From: the human T2T-CHM13v2.0 reference genome, Homo sapiens
DNA length: 64,000 bases
Assembly (NCBI RefSeq): GCF_009914755.1
Contig: NC_060930.1
Reading direction: 5' to 3' (one strand)
Position 1 is the stretch's first letter. Each line of letters opens with the position of its first letter. The translations under genes and the position numbers were made by a program. The notes under the pieces are model-generated. The model was not told the origin of the DNA. It did not search any database and worked only from the letters and a program-made list of their open reading frames with translations. Shown piece after piece: positions 28,948-41,041 of the stretch.

Positions 28948-30941
28948 TGTACCAGGTATCTATTGCTGTGTAATAAGCAACACCCAAAATCTAGTGGTTT
29001 AAAATAACAACAGTTTATTATTATTTGTGATTCTAGGGGTTGGCCAAGAAGTTCCATTGCTCCCACTGGGCTGACTTATCCAACCATATTCTGCTGGTGG
29101 ACCAGCTGGGTACTGTGCTCTACTGAGTCGGCTGAAATAGCTGCACCTCTCTCTCCACACAGTCTTTTATGTTGAGTTTTTCACAGCATGGTGACCTCCA
29201 AAGTCCAAGCCATAAAAGCAGAGGTTCCAAGCCTTTTAGGCTCTAGCCTCAGAAGCTGGACAGTGTGCTACTGTTATGTTCCACTGGTCAGAGCCAGTCC
29301 ATTCGCCCAGCCCATATTGAAGGAGTGAGAAACTAGATGCCACCTCTTGATGAGAGGAGCAGCAAAGTCACATTGCCAAAAGGCATGAACACAAAAAGAC
29401 GCGATTCATCAGGGGCCATTATTTTAAATATTGTTGTGCCACAGCTTCCTTTGGACCCATTGATTCACGTCTCCTTCACATGCAAATCCCCAAAGTCTCA
29501 TCCAATCCCAGCATCAGGCTCAGAGCCCATGATCTCATGCAGATCATCAAGTACCGATAAAGATGAGGCTAGCAAAGAATGGCTCTTTGGTGCAGCAACT
29601 CTTAATCTAGAGCTCCATGAACTAAAAACAGTTATCTGCCCCACAGACACCCAATATACAATGGAAAGACAGGGATAAGATAACTGCAATTGATACTTCC
29701 ACTCAAAAACAAGGGGATGGGAGGCACAGAACTGTCACTGGCCCATAACAACTCTTGAAATCCAGCTGGGCACATGTTTCAGGCCTTCTCTTCTGGGAAT
29801 AAAGAATGTTCCTTTACTGGGGGCCAATTCTGCTCACTAAGATTGGTTCTCTCCATTCTTATTCTTCCCAGCTCTTGGTTCTGCCCTAGTCTTGTGGCTT
29901 TACCTTCTGAAACACCTTTCATTTATCCTCAACAATGGCCCACGTTTGCAGCTAGGAAGCTTTCTTAGTCTTCTTTCTGCCCGTGGAAAGTTGGGAGTAC
30001 AGAGGCCTCTTTTTAATTTTGAATTCCCTCTTTCCCTTTCAGTCCAAGCTGACAGTGCTCTCATAAATACAATACTCTCAAAAAACTTTGTGGGTTTCCT
30101 ATTAATTTTATAGTTTCTCTCCAAGCCCAAAAGGTATATCCATAATTATTTTCAAGACATACCTCTACTTTGAACATGTCAAGTTGCTATGAAACAATGC
30201 CCTTAAGATTCTTTGTCTGGTGAGAGAGTCTGTTAGGTACCTCCTTAAATTTTTCTGAAGTCTTAACAATAGCCATTTCCTCATTGTTCTTCCAGCATCT
30301 GCTAACAAACTTCTTGCTTCTATTGCAGCCTCTACCTGCCACCTAGTCACCAAACCATTGTCACATGTTTTAGGATTTTGCTACACTTGCACCTAGTGTC
30401 AGATAACAATTTCTATATCAGTTTCTCTGACAAAAAGCAAAGGCAACACAATGGAGCAAAAATAGCTTTTTCCAAAAATGGTGCTGGAACAATTGGACAT
30501 CCTCATACAAAACACCCTGAAACTTCATGGTTTTAAACAACCGCAATTTATTATTTGTCATGATTCTATAGGTTGGCTGAGGAATTCTCTTCTGGACTTG
30601 CCTGGGTACAGTCCACTGGCAGTTGACTAGGACTGAGCTTACCTGGGCCTTTCTCTGCAGAAGTCTTTCTTCGTGAGCATAATTGTTCACAGCATGGGAG
30701 TCTTAGGGTTACAAGAGACCAAAAGCAGAAGCTCCCTAGCCTCTATAAGCCTGGCCTCAGAAGACATCCAATGTCACTTCTGCCAGATTCCATTTGTCAA
30801 ATCAAGTCACAAGAGCAGCCTGCAGTCAAAGGATAGAAAAAAATGTAATTCTCCTTTTGTTTGAAGGTGTAGCAAAGAGATATGAATACAGGAAAGTGTA
30901 ATTCACAAATTATTAGGGGTTATCATTATAACAATCTCACA
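28948..30941 (-). mobile_element. Two-LTR MaLR element (MLT1H-like LTR-int-LTR)
   Basis: Homologous LTRs 28948-29443 and 30414-30941 (share tggtttaaaataac/tggttttaaacaac, acagcatgg, aaaagcaga, gcctcagaag) around a ~970-bp internal region. Confidence 0.8.
30428..30512 (+). mobile_element. Isolated ~85-bp L1MC1-type ORF2 fragment inside the MaLR LTR
   Basis: tgacaaaaagcaaaggcaacacaatggagcaaaaatagctttttccaaaaatggtgctggaacaattggacatcc is homologous to L1PA6 ~18991-19075 in this window. Confidence 0.75.
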
Positions 30942-32104
30942 CACACATACACACACATAATGTAGGGAAATATGAGAATATGTGCACATGATTTTTTCAC
31001 ATCTGAATTTGGAATCGTGATATTTGCTTTACTAGTTTACTTAGATAAATGTAGTTGAGTCATAATATTTTATGATAGCTAGTGAATGGCCTATAGTATA
31101 TTTGGCAAAAGTAATGGATTCTTAGTGATTTGAGATTTGTCTAGAGCTCCTGGCTATAAAATGTTTCCTGTAAAGTAAAATGATATTGCTGAGAAATTTT
31201 TGTGGAAATTACAGAGTTTATGGATTAGCAAAGTGAGAATTAATGAGGTTCCTCTATCTTTACTACAACCTAAGAACTAGAACTCCTATAAAGAAATTAG
31301 TTCTAAGAGTGAAGGCCTTTTTCAGATCATTCTGGCAAAGATGACATCATATTGAAAGCAAAAGACTGTAAAAGCCGAAATTTGGCCATTATAGAGATCA
31401 TTTTTACTGCAACGTGTAATTTATATTAATTAAATTTTCACATGGATAACTTGGCAATAAAATTATTTATAATCTAAGTATGTCTGTAATCCTACTATGA
31501 AATATTTTTTACAAAGGTTTGAGACAACGTGAGCTATAGTTTTCTATCTTTATTTCTCAGTCACTTTTACCATTAAGAAATTTTTATACAGTAGAGTATA
31601 AAGTGTTGTTTCTCAGATATCTGTAACTGAAACAAAATATTATTTTTACTATTTCAGAAATGTGTAAAATGAGTGATTATAAAAATACATCATAACGTTT
31701 ACCATCTTCTTTCATGCATTAAGGGAGCTACTAACAAAGTTGTACTGAGGAATATTGAATAAGACTGTTTCAGTTGGAGGACATTTAATTTTACATATGG
31801 GAGAAAGATCCAATCAAATCAGATAGAATCTCATGACATAATTTATACCTGTAGTGCTATTATGTCATCTTAATTGTTTAATAGTCTTTATCAGGCAAAA
31901 AGTTTTGACCTCTCCCATCAACGTTGACTTAAGACACACTGCTATAGCCAGCTTCAGAATAAATTACGCAGTCACAGAAAATGTTAAAACTGTGTGTAGA
32001 ACACTTAAATGCATTAAAATTTTCAGTAATTCATCCTGTACAATCTTTCTCCAATAACATTTCAAATCTGACAGCAATTCTGCCAAAAAGTTTAAAATGT
32101 AAAA

Positions 32105-32335
32105 TGATTATATGAGGTACCCAGAGTAGTCAAATTAATAGAGACAAAAAGTAGAATTCTGGTTGCCAGGGGATGGGAGAAGGGAAAATGGGGAATTACT
32201 GGAGATGGATGGTGACTATTGCTTGCACAACAACGCAAATGTACTTAACGTCCCGGAACTATACTCTTTAAAATGGTTAAAATGGTCAGTTTTATGTTGT
32301 GTATATTTCACCACAATAAAAAGATATAAAAATGA
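32105..32335 (+). mobile_element. L1MB-type 3' end fragment
   Basis: tatatgaggtacccagagtagtcaaatt...aaaatggttaaaatggtc...tatatttcaccacaataaaaa. Confidence 0.8.
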
Positions 32336-32779
32336 AATTAAAATACTGCAACTAGAAATAAATGCTAGCATCTTGGAATGTTTGTAGGTACAAAAGGAAG
32401 CAACGAAGATGACAGAACATAATCCACATCAACAATGGCACTGAGATGCGACAATAAAAGTGAAGGGAAAAAATCCCTTTTCCAAAATGGCAGTCACCAC
32501 CACCACTAATACAGATGAAACTTGGCTTCAGAGGGTCAGTCAGATTCCGGAGAAGCATTGCTGACAGACATAAGTGCAAGCAGAGCACATTTAGTCTGCA
32601 AAAAAGCTCATAGCTTAAAAGGTGACTAAGTCTTGAATTAATCACTCCACTTACATTATTATTTTTTTAAATCAGGACTAGCTTAAGCATCACTACACCT
32701 AGCTGTCTTTACAGATCCCAGGGCAAAATCAGGAACCTCCATACAACATCTCAAATATTGCAATTCCAATATCTCTTCT

Positions 32780-33078
32780 CACTATGTTTCCCCATGCCCT
32801 GGCCTTCACCTGGCTGATTCATTTATCTAGGTCTCAACTCAGACTCTCTGAGGACGCTTCTCACTTTTCCCTTCTCTGATGGCTTCCTTAGTGTTCAAAA
32901 TCACTCCAGTTTCCCTACCAGTGTTCCCCTGAGTACCTGTGGGTCTTTCCCACAAGCCTGGAAGCTGTTGGAAGGCTACAATGGTGCCTTGTTCATCAAT
33001 GTATCCCCAGCCCCTAGTACAGTGTTTGGCCCATAGTAGACAGATAATACATGTTTGTTGAAGGAATGAATGAAGAAT
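32780..33078 (+). mobile_element. L2a 3' end
   Basis: tgtatccccagcccctagtacagtgtttggcccatagtag...tttgttgaaggaatgaatgaa. Confidence 0.7.
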
Positions 33079-33738
33079 TAAATGAACGGAACACATGGGT
33101 CAAGCTTCTTGAAGACGGGTCAATTGCAAGAGACAGGCTCAAAGCCAAAGACAGATCCGGGGACCCAATCCATCCAATTGGAATGAAGTATTAAAAGCCA
33201 CCATGGAGATGATACAAACCAAGACATAGCAGCAAGAGGTTGGAATGCAACTTTAGCCAGTAGCTCATCAGAAGATATTACACTTCCCAACTGGTGCATT
33301 CCAGAATGCAATTTCTGTTCTGGAACATTGTTGTAATTGTTGCATTCAGAATATAAACTTTGAAAGTCCTATGAAGAGTTATGTAGAGTAGCTGACCCAT
33401 TTGCTCATGAAAAATATTTTTCACTGGGCTTATTATGTGTATGTATGCCCGTATCGACAAAATCAAAAAAGGCTTTGTGTTTTATCTATGTAAACATTTT
33501 ACTGTAAAAGTAAGAAAAAACGCAAAAACATGCAACTCAAGATATTCCCAGAATCTCTACAACCCTAATTCAAGTAAATATCCAAGTGACGCAGACTCAT
33601 CCTGGGATCCACCAAGCCACTTATCCCTCTTCTCTCCACACTCAAAGCACCCACCTTTCTCTTCTCCTTGTTCATCTCTGCCTTTAAATTGTCATTGTTG
33701 AGATTTTTGGGTTTTTTCTTTACATGTATAATATTTAG

Positions 33739-34038
<300 letters not shown>

Positions 34039-34929
34039 TATTTATTCAATTTTTAAAACAAGTCAGTAAGTTTAGAATTTCTTTCAAAAATTAAAAAAAA
34101 ATTGAGTTGCATTTTATTTATTTGCGAACCCCAATTGGTTTCCTGCCCACACCTCCCCTTTCCTCGAATCATTCTTGGGTAGAATCACCTGTGATAGAAG
34201 AAAAATCTCTGGTGACCACTGTAGCCCTAGCGAATGAAGTGCACGGCAGATGCAGCCCAAGCTCCAGCCCTTCCACATGAAAATCATTGTTTACACTTGA
34301 TCAAGGGCCAAATGGCACTGACTGTATTACGAACAAGAAGATGTATCTTCCAAGTAATTAGCTAGTGCATAAATATCAAAATTAATAAAATAAGATACTA
34401 TATCTTCTCATTTTGGTGGCTTCCAAACTGGTAGAAATTTGTTCTCCTGAACTCTTAAGATTTTCCCAGGAAAGGTAGAACTACATCAAAAAGAAGCTGA
34501 AAAAAAAAAAAAAAATCCCTACAAGCAAAGGCCAGCTCAAACCCTAGATAAACTTTCCTCCCTCCAATCAGCATGTTACAGAAAATAATGTTTCCATTTA
34601 ACAACAGATAGTTTAACAATCATTATTCTATGCCAGGACCTAGCAGTGCATAAATGGCTTCCCCTTTTGAAAAGTTTCTTCTTGCCCAATTGGACTCTAA
34701 GCCTCCTGAGGAAAGGGCTTACCAAATTCCATTTTAATGTAGTCACAGTTAGCTTAATAGCCTCAGGAATAAGGGCTGGCATGCCACTGGGGGTGTCAAA
34801 GAATAACAGGGGCAGGAGGGAAGGGGTAAGGAAGAGATTGCCAAGCAGCTAGCTTATTTCATTTCTGTTTATTCAACAAGCAGGTTTTATACCTACTGTA
34901 AAATTATTTTTTTATTTGCACATTTTATA

Positions 34930-35360
34930 TATTACCTCTCACGGTTCTATGGGCTGACTAAGCTCAGCTGGGCAGTTCTTGCTTGGGGTCTTTCATACAA
35001 TTGCAGTCAGACAACAGCTGGGGCTGGAGTCATCAGAAGTTTGGACAGGCCTGGCCATCCAAAATGGCCTATTCACTTGGCTGGCAGTGAATGGCTGGCA
35101 GTTGATGTTATCTGTTGGCTGGGAGTTCACTGCACACTATCAACCTGTCCACCTGATCTCACCTACACAAGATCCCTGATTCCTGAAGATTGCAGCTGGG
35201 TCCTAGGAGGGAATGTCCCAAGAGTGAGCATTCCAAGAGTCCCAAGTAGAAGCAGCAAGATTCTTATAATCTAGCCTTGAACGTCATAAAGCATCAATCC
35301 AGCTACAGTCCAGATTCAAGGCGGGGACACATCAGAGTGTGAATAAAGGAGTCAGGGCTT
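34930..35360 (-). mobile_element. MLT1 (G/F-like) MaLR LTR fragment
   Basis: ctcacggttctatgggctgactaagctcagctgggcagttcttgcttggggtctttcat. Confidence 0.7.
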
Positions 35361-35399
35361 CTGGGTGGGAGAAATCTTAGGAGAAGGAACAAGATAGGC

Positions 35400-35400
<1 letters not shown>

Positions 35401-35444
<44 letters not shown>
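35401..35444. repeat. (GATA)11 tetranucleotide STR
   Basis: Direct reading, uninterrupted. Confidence 0.97.
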
Positions 35445-35446
<2 letters not shown>

Positions 35447-35519
35447 ACATAAAATTTATAGATATATTTAGATACATTATATATGTATTTAGATATATAT
35501 GTATATATAGCCAGATATT

Positions 35520-35660
35520 GCACATTACACAGTGTGCTTTATGAGCATTTCATTCACAAAAGTGAGTCCTGGTAGCTAGATATAAGCATTCAAACTTTAC
35601 AGATGAGGAACCTGAAGCTCAGAGAAGCTAAGTCACTTCTCTGAGGTTACCCAGCAATGA
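35520..35660 (-). mobile_element. MIR
   Basis: tttacagatgaggaacctgaagctcagagaagctaagtcactt. Confidence 0.8.
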
Positions 35661-36776
35661 CTTTTCCTCTCTGAAATCCAATGGGCCATCTACCGCTATT
35701 AACCCAAAGTGCTCAATGAGCTCTCTCTACTATTTCCCAGGTGCAAGGTTTTGTTCTAAGGGGCATTGTTGGAAATATGAATGATAGAGGAGATACATCC
35801 CCTGCCTTCAAGGATTTTATAATCTAGTAGAGACCAAAAATATTGAGGTAAGATAATTCGTGGCTCAACAAGGAAACCTCCATTATAACAGATCCCCCTT
35901 TATCCAAACTACTGAAATTAAATATTAGGAACATCCAAGGGAAATTGCCCTGAGAAACCTCTTTGACGCTTTTTACGTCCTTCAAAGAGATTGAAAGAAA
36001 AGGTAAAAATGAGGAAGATGAGTAAAGGGTAGGACTAGAATGCAGGAGATCTGGAGGACTCCCTAAAAGGCTATTGAAAGGAAGGCTCCACCACTGCAAT
36101 GAAGAAACTTTGTTTAACATGCAAAAATGTAAAAATGTAAATTGATTTCTTTCTAAAAGGCTATGCAAACAGGGTGTATATTTGTGTTTTTCTGTCAAAG
36201 AATGGGTTTAAAATACCTTTTTCCCTTTCCCACTGTAGTAGATGGATAGTCATAAAACCTTCCACCGTTTTTATCACACCGCTGATCACTTTCTCTACCT
36301 ACAGGGCAATAATTTTCCACTCTGTAACCCAATCAATATGCTATCTACCACTAACTCCCCTTGCTATCCTTCTCCTCAACCTCAGTTATCAGATTTTTTT
36401 AAATTACAACTTTAAGTTTCAGACAATTTAAGTCCGTGGTATCTTTCAAGCTATTCGTTTAGTTTTTCATACATTTTTTAAGTGTCTATGTTCTTGCTGT
36501 CAACTGTTAAAAGCTGGAGAGTTTAGTTTTAAGAACTTGAGCCACAGTACACCTTATTTGTCCCCTTGCGTCTCGCTACTGCAGCCCTAGGTGCTTTGTA
36601 TAATGCATGAGTGAACCCCGCTTAGAAATAGAAATGCATTTTCAATAAGTATTTATTATGTTGTTCTGAGCATACAGCTTTAAATTTGCCCGCTGTAGCT
36701 TGAAGCATTATACAAACTGTTGGTCTGCTGACTGCCTCTCTGGCAGCAACACACAGAGAAAATAGATTGCTAAGGG

Positions 36777-36855
36777 TTTTTTTCCCTCCTCCTCCCCCTC
36801 TCCTCTCTCCTCTCTCTCTCTCCTCTCCTCTCTGTTTTTTCCTTTTTCTCTTTTT
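36777..36855. repeat. Polypyrimidine/(CT)-rich tract
   Basis: 79 bp of pyrimidines with one G. Confidence 0.9.
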
Positions 36856-37181
36856 AAACAAGTCGTGGACATTTTTTAATCTTGTGGCATTTTTAATCAA
36901 CACGTATTTCCTTCCAAGACCTATGATCCCCTATTGATTCCCATTAAAATGCTTTTCTTTTCTTTGCCCCCTCTGCTGATCGAATTTCAGATCAGCCACA
37001 GGAGATGCAACTAACCTTCCGGCACTACTGAACCCAACCGAGCGAGGGTGATCAAAAGGCTTGATGCATTCATTAAACATTCCCATCGCCCGGGCAGGAG
37101 CTCTGATGGAAGCTATCTCTCCGCATTGCAATTTTTTCCCCCTTTTTGTCTTTCCCCCCACCTCCAAAAAAATGTTTTTTG

Positions 37182-37255
37182 CCTTTGATCGCAAGGGGCG
37201 GGGGTAGAACATGAGAACAAAAGAGACCTATCTTTTTCCTCAGGGCTGACGTCAG
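37182..37255. promoter_or_regulatory. TCF/LEF site, GC box and palindromic CRE at the CpG-island edge
   Basis: CCTTTGATC 37182-37190; GGGGCGGGG 37195-37203; CTGACGTCAG 37246-37255 (motif match only). Confidence 0.55.
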
Positions 37256-37279
37256 TTTGATTTTACTGACAACTATTCG

Positions 37280-38410
37280 AGCGTGTGTAGCAGTTGGAAG
37301 CGGCCCCACGACCGCCCCACCTCCCACCTTCCACTTTTGGGAGAAAACAAGACTTTTAGCGGCTCCGGAGACGCGCCCTGAAAATGGCCCGCTCGGGCTC
37401 TGCGCTTGCTGCCCTCCTGCCTGCTCGGCAAAGGGCATTCGAGGCTTATTTGTGTGGCACGATCTTTACTGGGGCGGAAAACACGCGGCGGGGGAGGAGC
37501 GGGCACAGACGCAGCCGGGCGGGGAGAGCCAGGAATGTTCCTCCCGGCGTGGGGAGAGGAGAGGACACGGGCAGAGAAAATAGTCCCCGCCCGGCGCGGG
37601 GCGCGCGGGGTCCGGGTCCCGGGCGGCTCCGGGTGGCGCGGCGGCGCGAGGGTTCCGGCCGCGCGGAGTCGGGGCGCAGGGAGCCTCAGACGCCGCGGGC
37701 GCGCGTGCGCGGTGCGGCCCCCACGCCCTGGCCGCGGCGGCCTCGGCGGCGCCAGCCTCCGGCTCGGCGAGCGCGGCGGCGGGCGGGCCGCAAAACCTGG
37801 GCCGGAGCCGGGCGCGGAGCGGGCGGCGCCGCGGAGTTTGGGCGGCAGCGCGGCCCGGCGAGGAGCTGGAGAAGCCGGCGGCAGGGGGACGCGCACGCCG
37901 AAGAAAAGCCCCTCTCCCGCGTCCCTCACTCGCTCCTGGAGGCCGAAGAGCGGGGCTCGCGATGCCGGTGCAAGATTCCCAATCAGGCCTGGGAGGAAAT
38001 GGATGCAATTAGGGCACACCCCCGTCCCGCAGTTGCCAGGAGCCTGAAGATCTATGACCGACTTAAGCCATTTCTGGAAAAGTCATATTTTCCAGGCTTT
38101 CGTGAAATACTCATTGCTCCTATTCTAAATCTGGAGGCGAATGTGCATCTATTTCAGGGGGAATGAAAGATGTGAAAAGTAGACTGGGCTCCGGGAAATG
38201 TGGGTAATGGGACTGGACCTGCGCCTGGGGTCCGCCCACCCGTCATCTCCCGGGAGCCCCCCGACGTGTGCCATTAAGCATAAGGCGCGTTAAGCGCTGC
38301 CACAAAGTCCCGAAAAGGCGAATTAAAAAGGATCACTTCTCCCTCAGGATCTTGATTTTTACTAAGGGAAAACGTGCGTTAAAGAAAAGCCAGCGAGCGC
38401 TGGCGTGGCC
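37280..38410. promoter_or_regulatory. CpG island (non-repeat), promoter/enhancer-like
   Basis: Very high GC and CpG density in the core ~37480-37970; NRF1-type GCGCGTGCGC 37701-37710; CCAAT 37979-37983. Confidence 0.9.
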
Positions 38411-39904
38411 CTGTCATTATCTTGGCGTCTCTGCTGACCTCCATTTCAGCCTGGACTACACTGGGTTCCAGTTCTGTTTTCCTATTTCCCCGGACTCCTA
38501 GAGGGTGGATACCAAGGCTAATTGTTGTCTGTTCTGCCCCAGCCCTCCAGGGTACACCATAGGTGCTCAGTAGATGACTCCTGAGTATATATTGGAGGTG
38601 ATAGTAAAATGCTACCAAGCACAGAGGAAAGAACAGTTAAAGGGTCAGACGGTGCTTTGTGAAAGGCCAGGCATTTGAGCTGGATTCTGAAGACCAACTC
38701 TAGATGACAGTAAAGGCCACTCCAGGTTGAGGGAACAACATGAGCAAAGCAGGGAACCTACAATGAGTAGGAAAGTGATGAATCTGCATAGGGGGTTACT
38801 CAGGGGGCATAGAAAAGGAAGCCAGGAAGCCACTGAATACCTTGCCACACAGGTAACAGCCAGGAAAAGCACAAAACATGCTGTTCAGTGGTTCTGGAAT
38901 ATGGGCATGCAAATATATAATAAAATAAGCAATGTGGATATACAAAAACAAAAGTAAAAAGAAAAACAGGACAGTTTATTGGGGAATTTCAGAAAAAGTA
39001 CATGAAACAAAAAAGAAATGTCAAGGAAAATCCCTGGCCTGAAACTCCCAGAACAAAACATTTAATACCATTTGTGGGGGCTCTTTATGAAAGAGGGAGA
39101 AAGAAAAGAGGTAACAAAGAGGAACTAGTGTTTTGATTAAAGATCTTTGACCATAACAATGCGAAAGCATAAGGTCTCTTATCATAAGAGACCTGTGTCT
39201 TATCCTGTATCATAAGACACAGGAGATTTTAGACATCACTGTTAAGAAAGAGCTGGAACTCAGAATTAACAAGAGAAGAGGGAGAGATTAAACAGAAGAT
39301 AAATGTGGATCATCAAGGAATTTTAAATTGTAGCACAGTCACTCAATAGAGTATTATGCAGTCATTAAAACTGCAGTGTATTTATTGGAAGGATGTTCAC
39401 AACCTATTGTTATGTGAAGAAACAAGTTACAGATGAGCAGATCTGGAGGGACATACTTAAAATGTTAGCAGCGGCTCTCTCTTGATGTTTTGATTGTTAG
39501 TGATTTTTCGCTTTCTCCTTCATGCCTGTATTACCTGAATTTTTACAATGAGCAATTAATAAAACAATAAATGAACACAAGATTAAGCAAAGTTTTAATC
39601 TTGTGAAAATGTATGTGAGTTTTCTGTTGTGAAACTGAAATGATGTCTGTGGCATTGGAAATCCTCAAGGCAAAGAAGGAAAGAAGAGAGCCTCCCGAGT
39701 CATACTAATCAGAGGCCTGCACACGTGCTATTTGGTACTCTCTGTACCATCTGGCTCAAGCTACTTCAAGACCTGTCTGGGCCTCAGCAACCTGATCTCG
39801 AAATGAAGGGAATATTAGCATCTACCTAACAAGTGGCTATGAAGACCAGAAATGATATCTGTAAAACGCTTAGTGCTCAGACCCCACGAGGCGCCCAGGG
39901 CTCC

Positions 39905-40335
39905 GTGAGTGGAAGCTCTCATAGGAGCAAAGAGCATAGGCTTTAGAAAATGCCTTTCTTCTGGGATCCTTCCTTTACCACTGTGGTGGTCATTAGAGCT
40001 GTCTGCAAAAATTCCTCCTCTCCCTTTGAGATAATAAGAGTGTACTTCCTTGGCCCTCTGAAGTTACAGGTACCATGTGACAGCCTCTGGCCAACAAAAT
40101 AAACAGAAGTAACATGTGCCAGCATTGAGCACTTTGCGGTCTTCTCCTTTTCCACTTGCATGACAACCAGCAGTGTCCTGGTAGTGTCTGCCGAGGTCCT
40201 AGATTGAGGAAGAAGCCTCCAGAGACCTTGGTAGACATTTAGCAGGAGGGAGGAATAAATCTTTGATATTGTAAGCCACTAAGATTTGGGAGCTCTTTGT
40301 TATCAAAGCTCAGTTTAAGTCACCCTGACTGACAC
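39905..40335 (+). mobile_element. MLT1J/K-like MaLR LTR
   Basis: aataaatctttgatattgtaagccactaagatttggg...ccctgactgacaca LTR end. Confidence 0.7.
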
Positions 40336-40525
40336 AGCTACTTACTAGTTTCGTGACCTTGAGAAAGTGACCTACCTGCTCCAGTTTGCCATCTATTCCC
40401 CTGAAAATCTAGGTGTTAGCATTCCTACTCCATAGGGTTGGAGGGCAAAATGAGCTCCATATCCAAAGTGCTTGGCACATCCTGGCACCTGTTAAGTATA
40501 CATGGAATGACAGGAACTGTTACCA
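40336..40525 (+). mobile_element. MIR
   Basis: ctacttactagtttcgtgaccttgagaaagtgac...ctcatagggttg-like core. Confidence 0.7.
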
Positions 40526-40994
40526 TTTAACACGCTGGCTTCTCTCCCCATCTCTTAAATGGGAGCAGGTGTCAATGCCGAGGGGATCATCTGATGCTTC
40601 CATCTTGTCTTCCTACCATTGGATTTGCTTTATGGCAGCCATATGAATGGAGATATTCCTTTGAATAAGAGATGGCAGTGGCAATGTAGGTAAGAAAACT
40701 CATTCAGACATTATTTACCATGTCCTTTTCATCCTTGGAAGAAATTCCAAATGTTCATGTCCTAGCAGCTAGAGTCAGCAGCCACATGACCAGTAGGACA
40801 GGTCTCTACCACGATGGCCAAGGGAATCCTCTGGAGAACTAAGAACACCAGAAGGTTCCAGTGACCCTCAGGGTCACACAGAGAACATGAATAAGATTTA
40901 GAGAGATGGCTATAAGGATGGTGACCACCAGTTTCTTCTAGAATAAACCAGTTTTCTTATCCTCTCTGGGTCATAAAAATGCAAGTGGTATTGA

Positions 40995-40995
<1 letters not shown>

Positions 40996-41037
<42 letters not shown>
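40996..41037. repeat. (TG)21 microsatellite
   Basis: Direct reading. Confidence 0.97.

Positions 41038-41041
<4 letters not shown>

Noticed and set aside
37257-38166. Overlapping 108-260 aa ORFs on both strands
   Set aside because: Arg/Gly/Pro/Ala-rich reads in several frames are expected from stop-poor CpG-island DNA; no domain recognised
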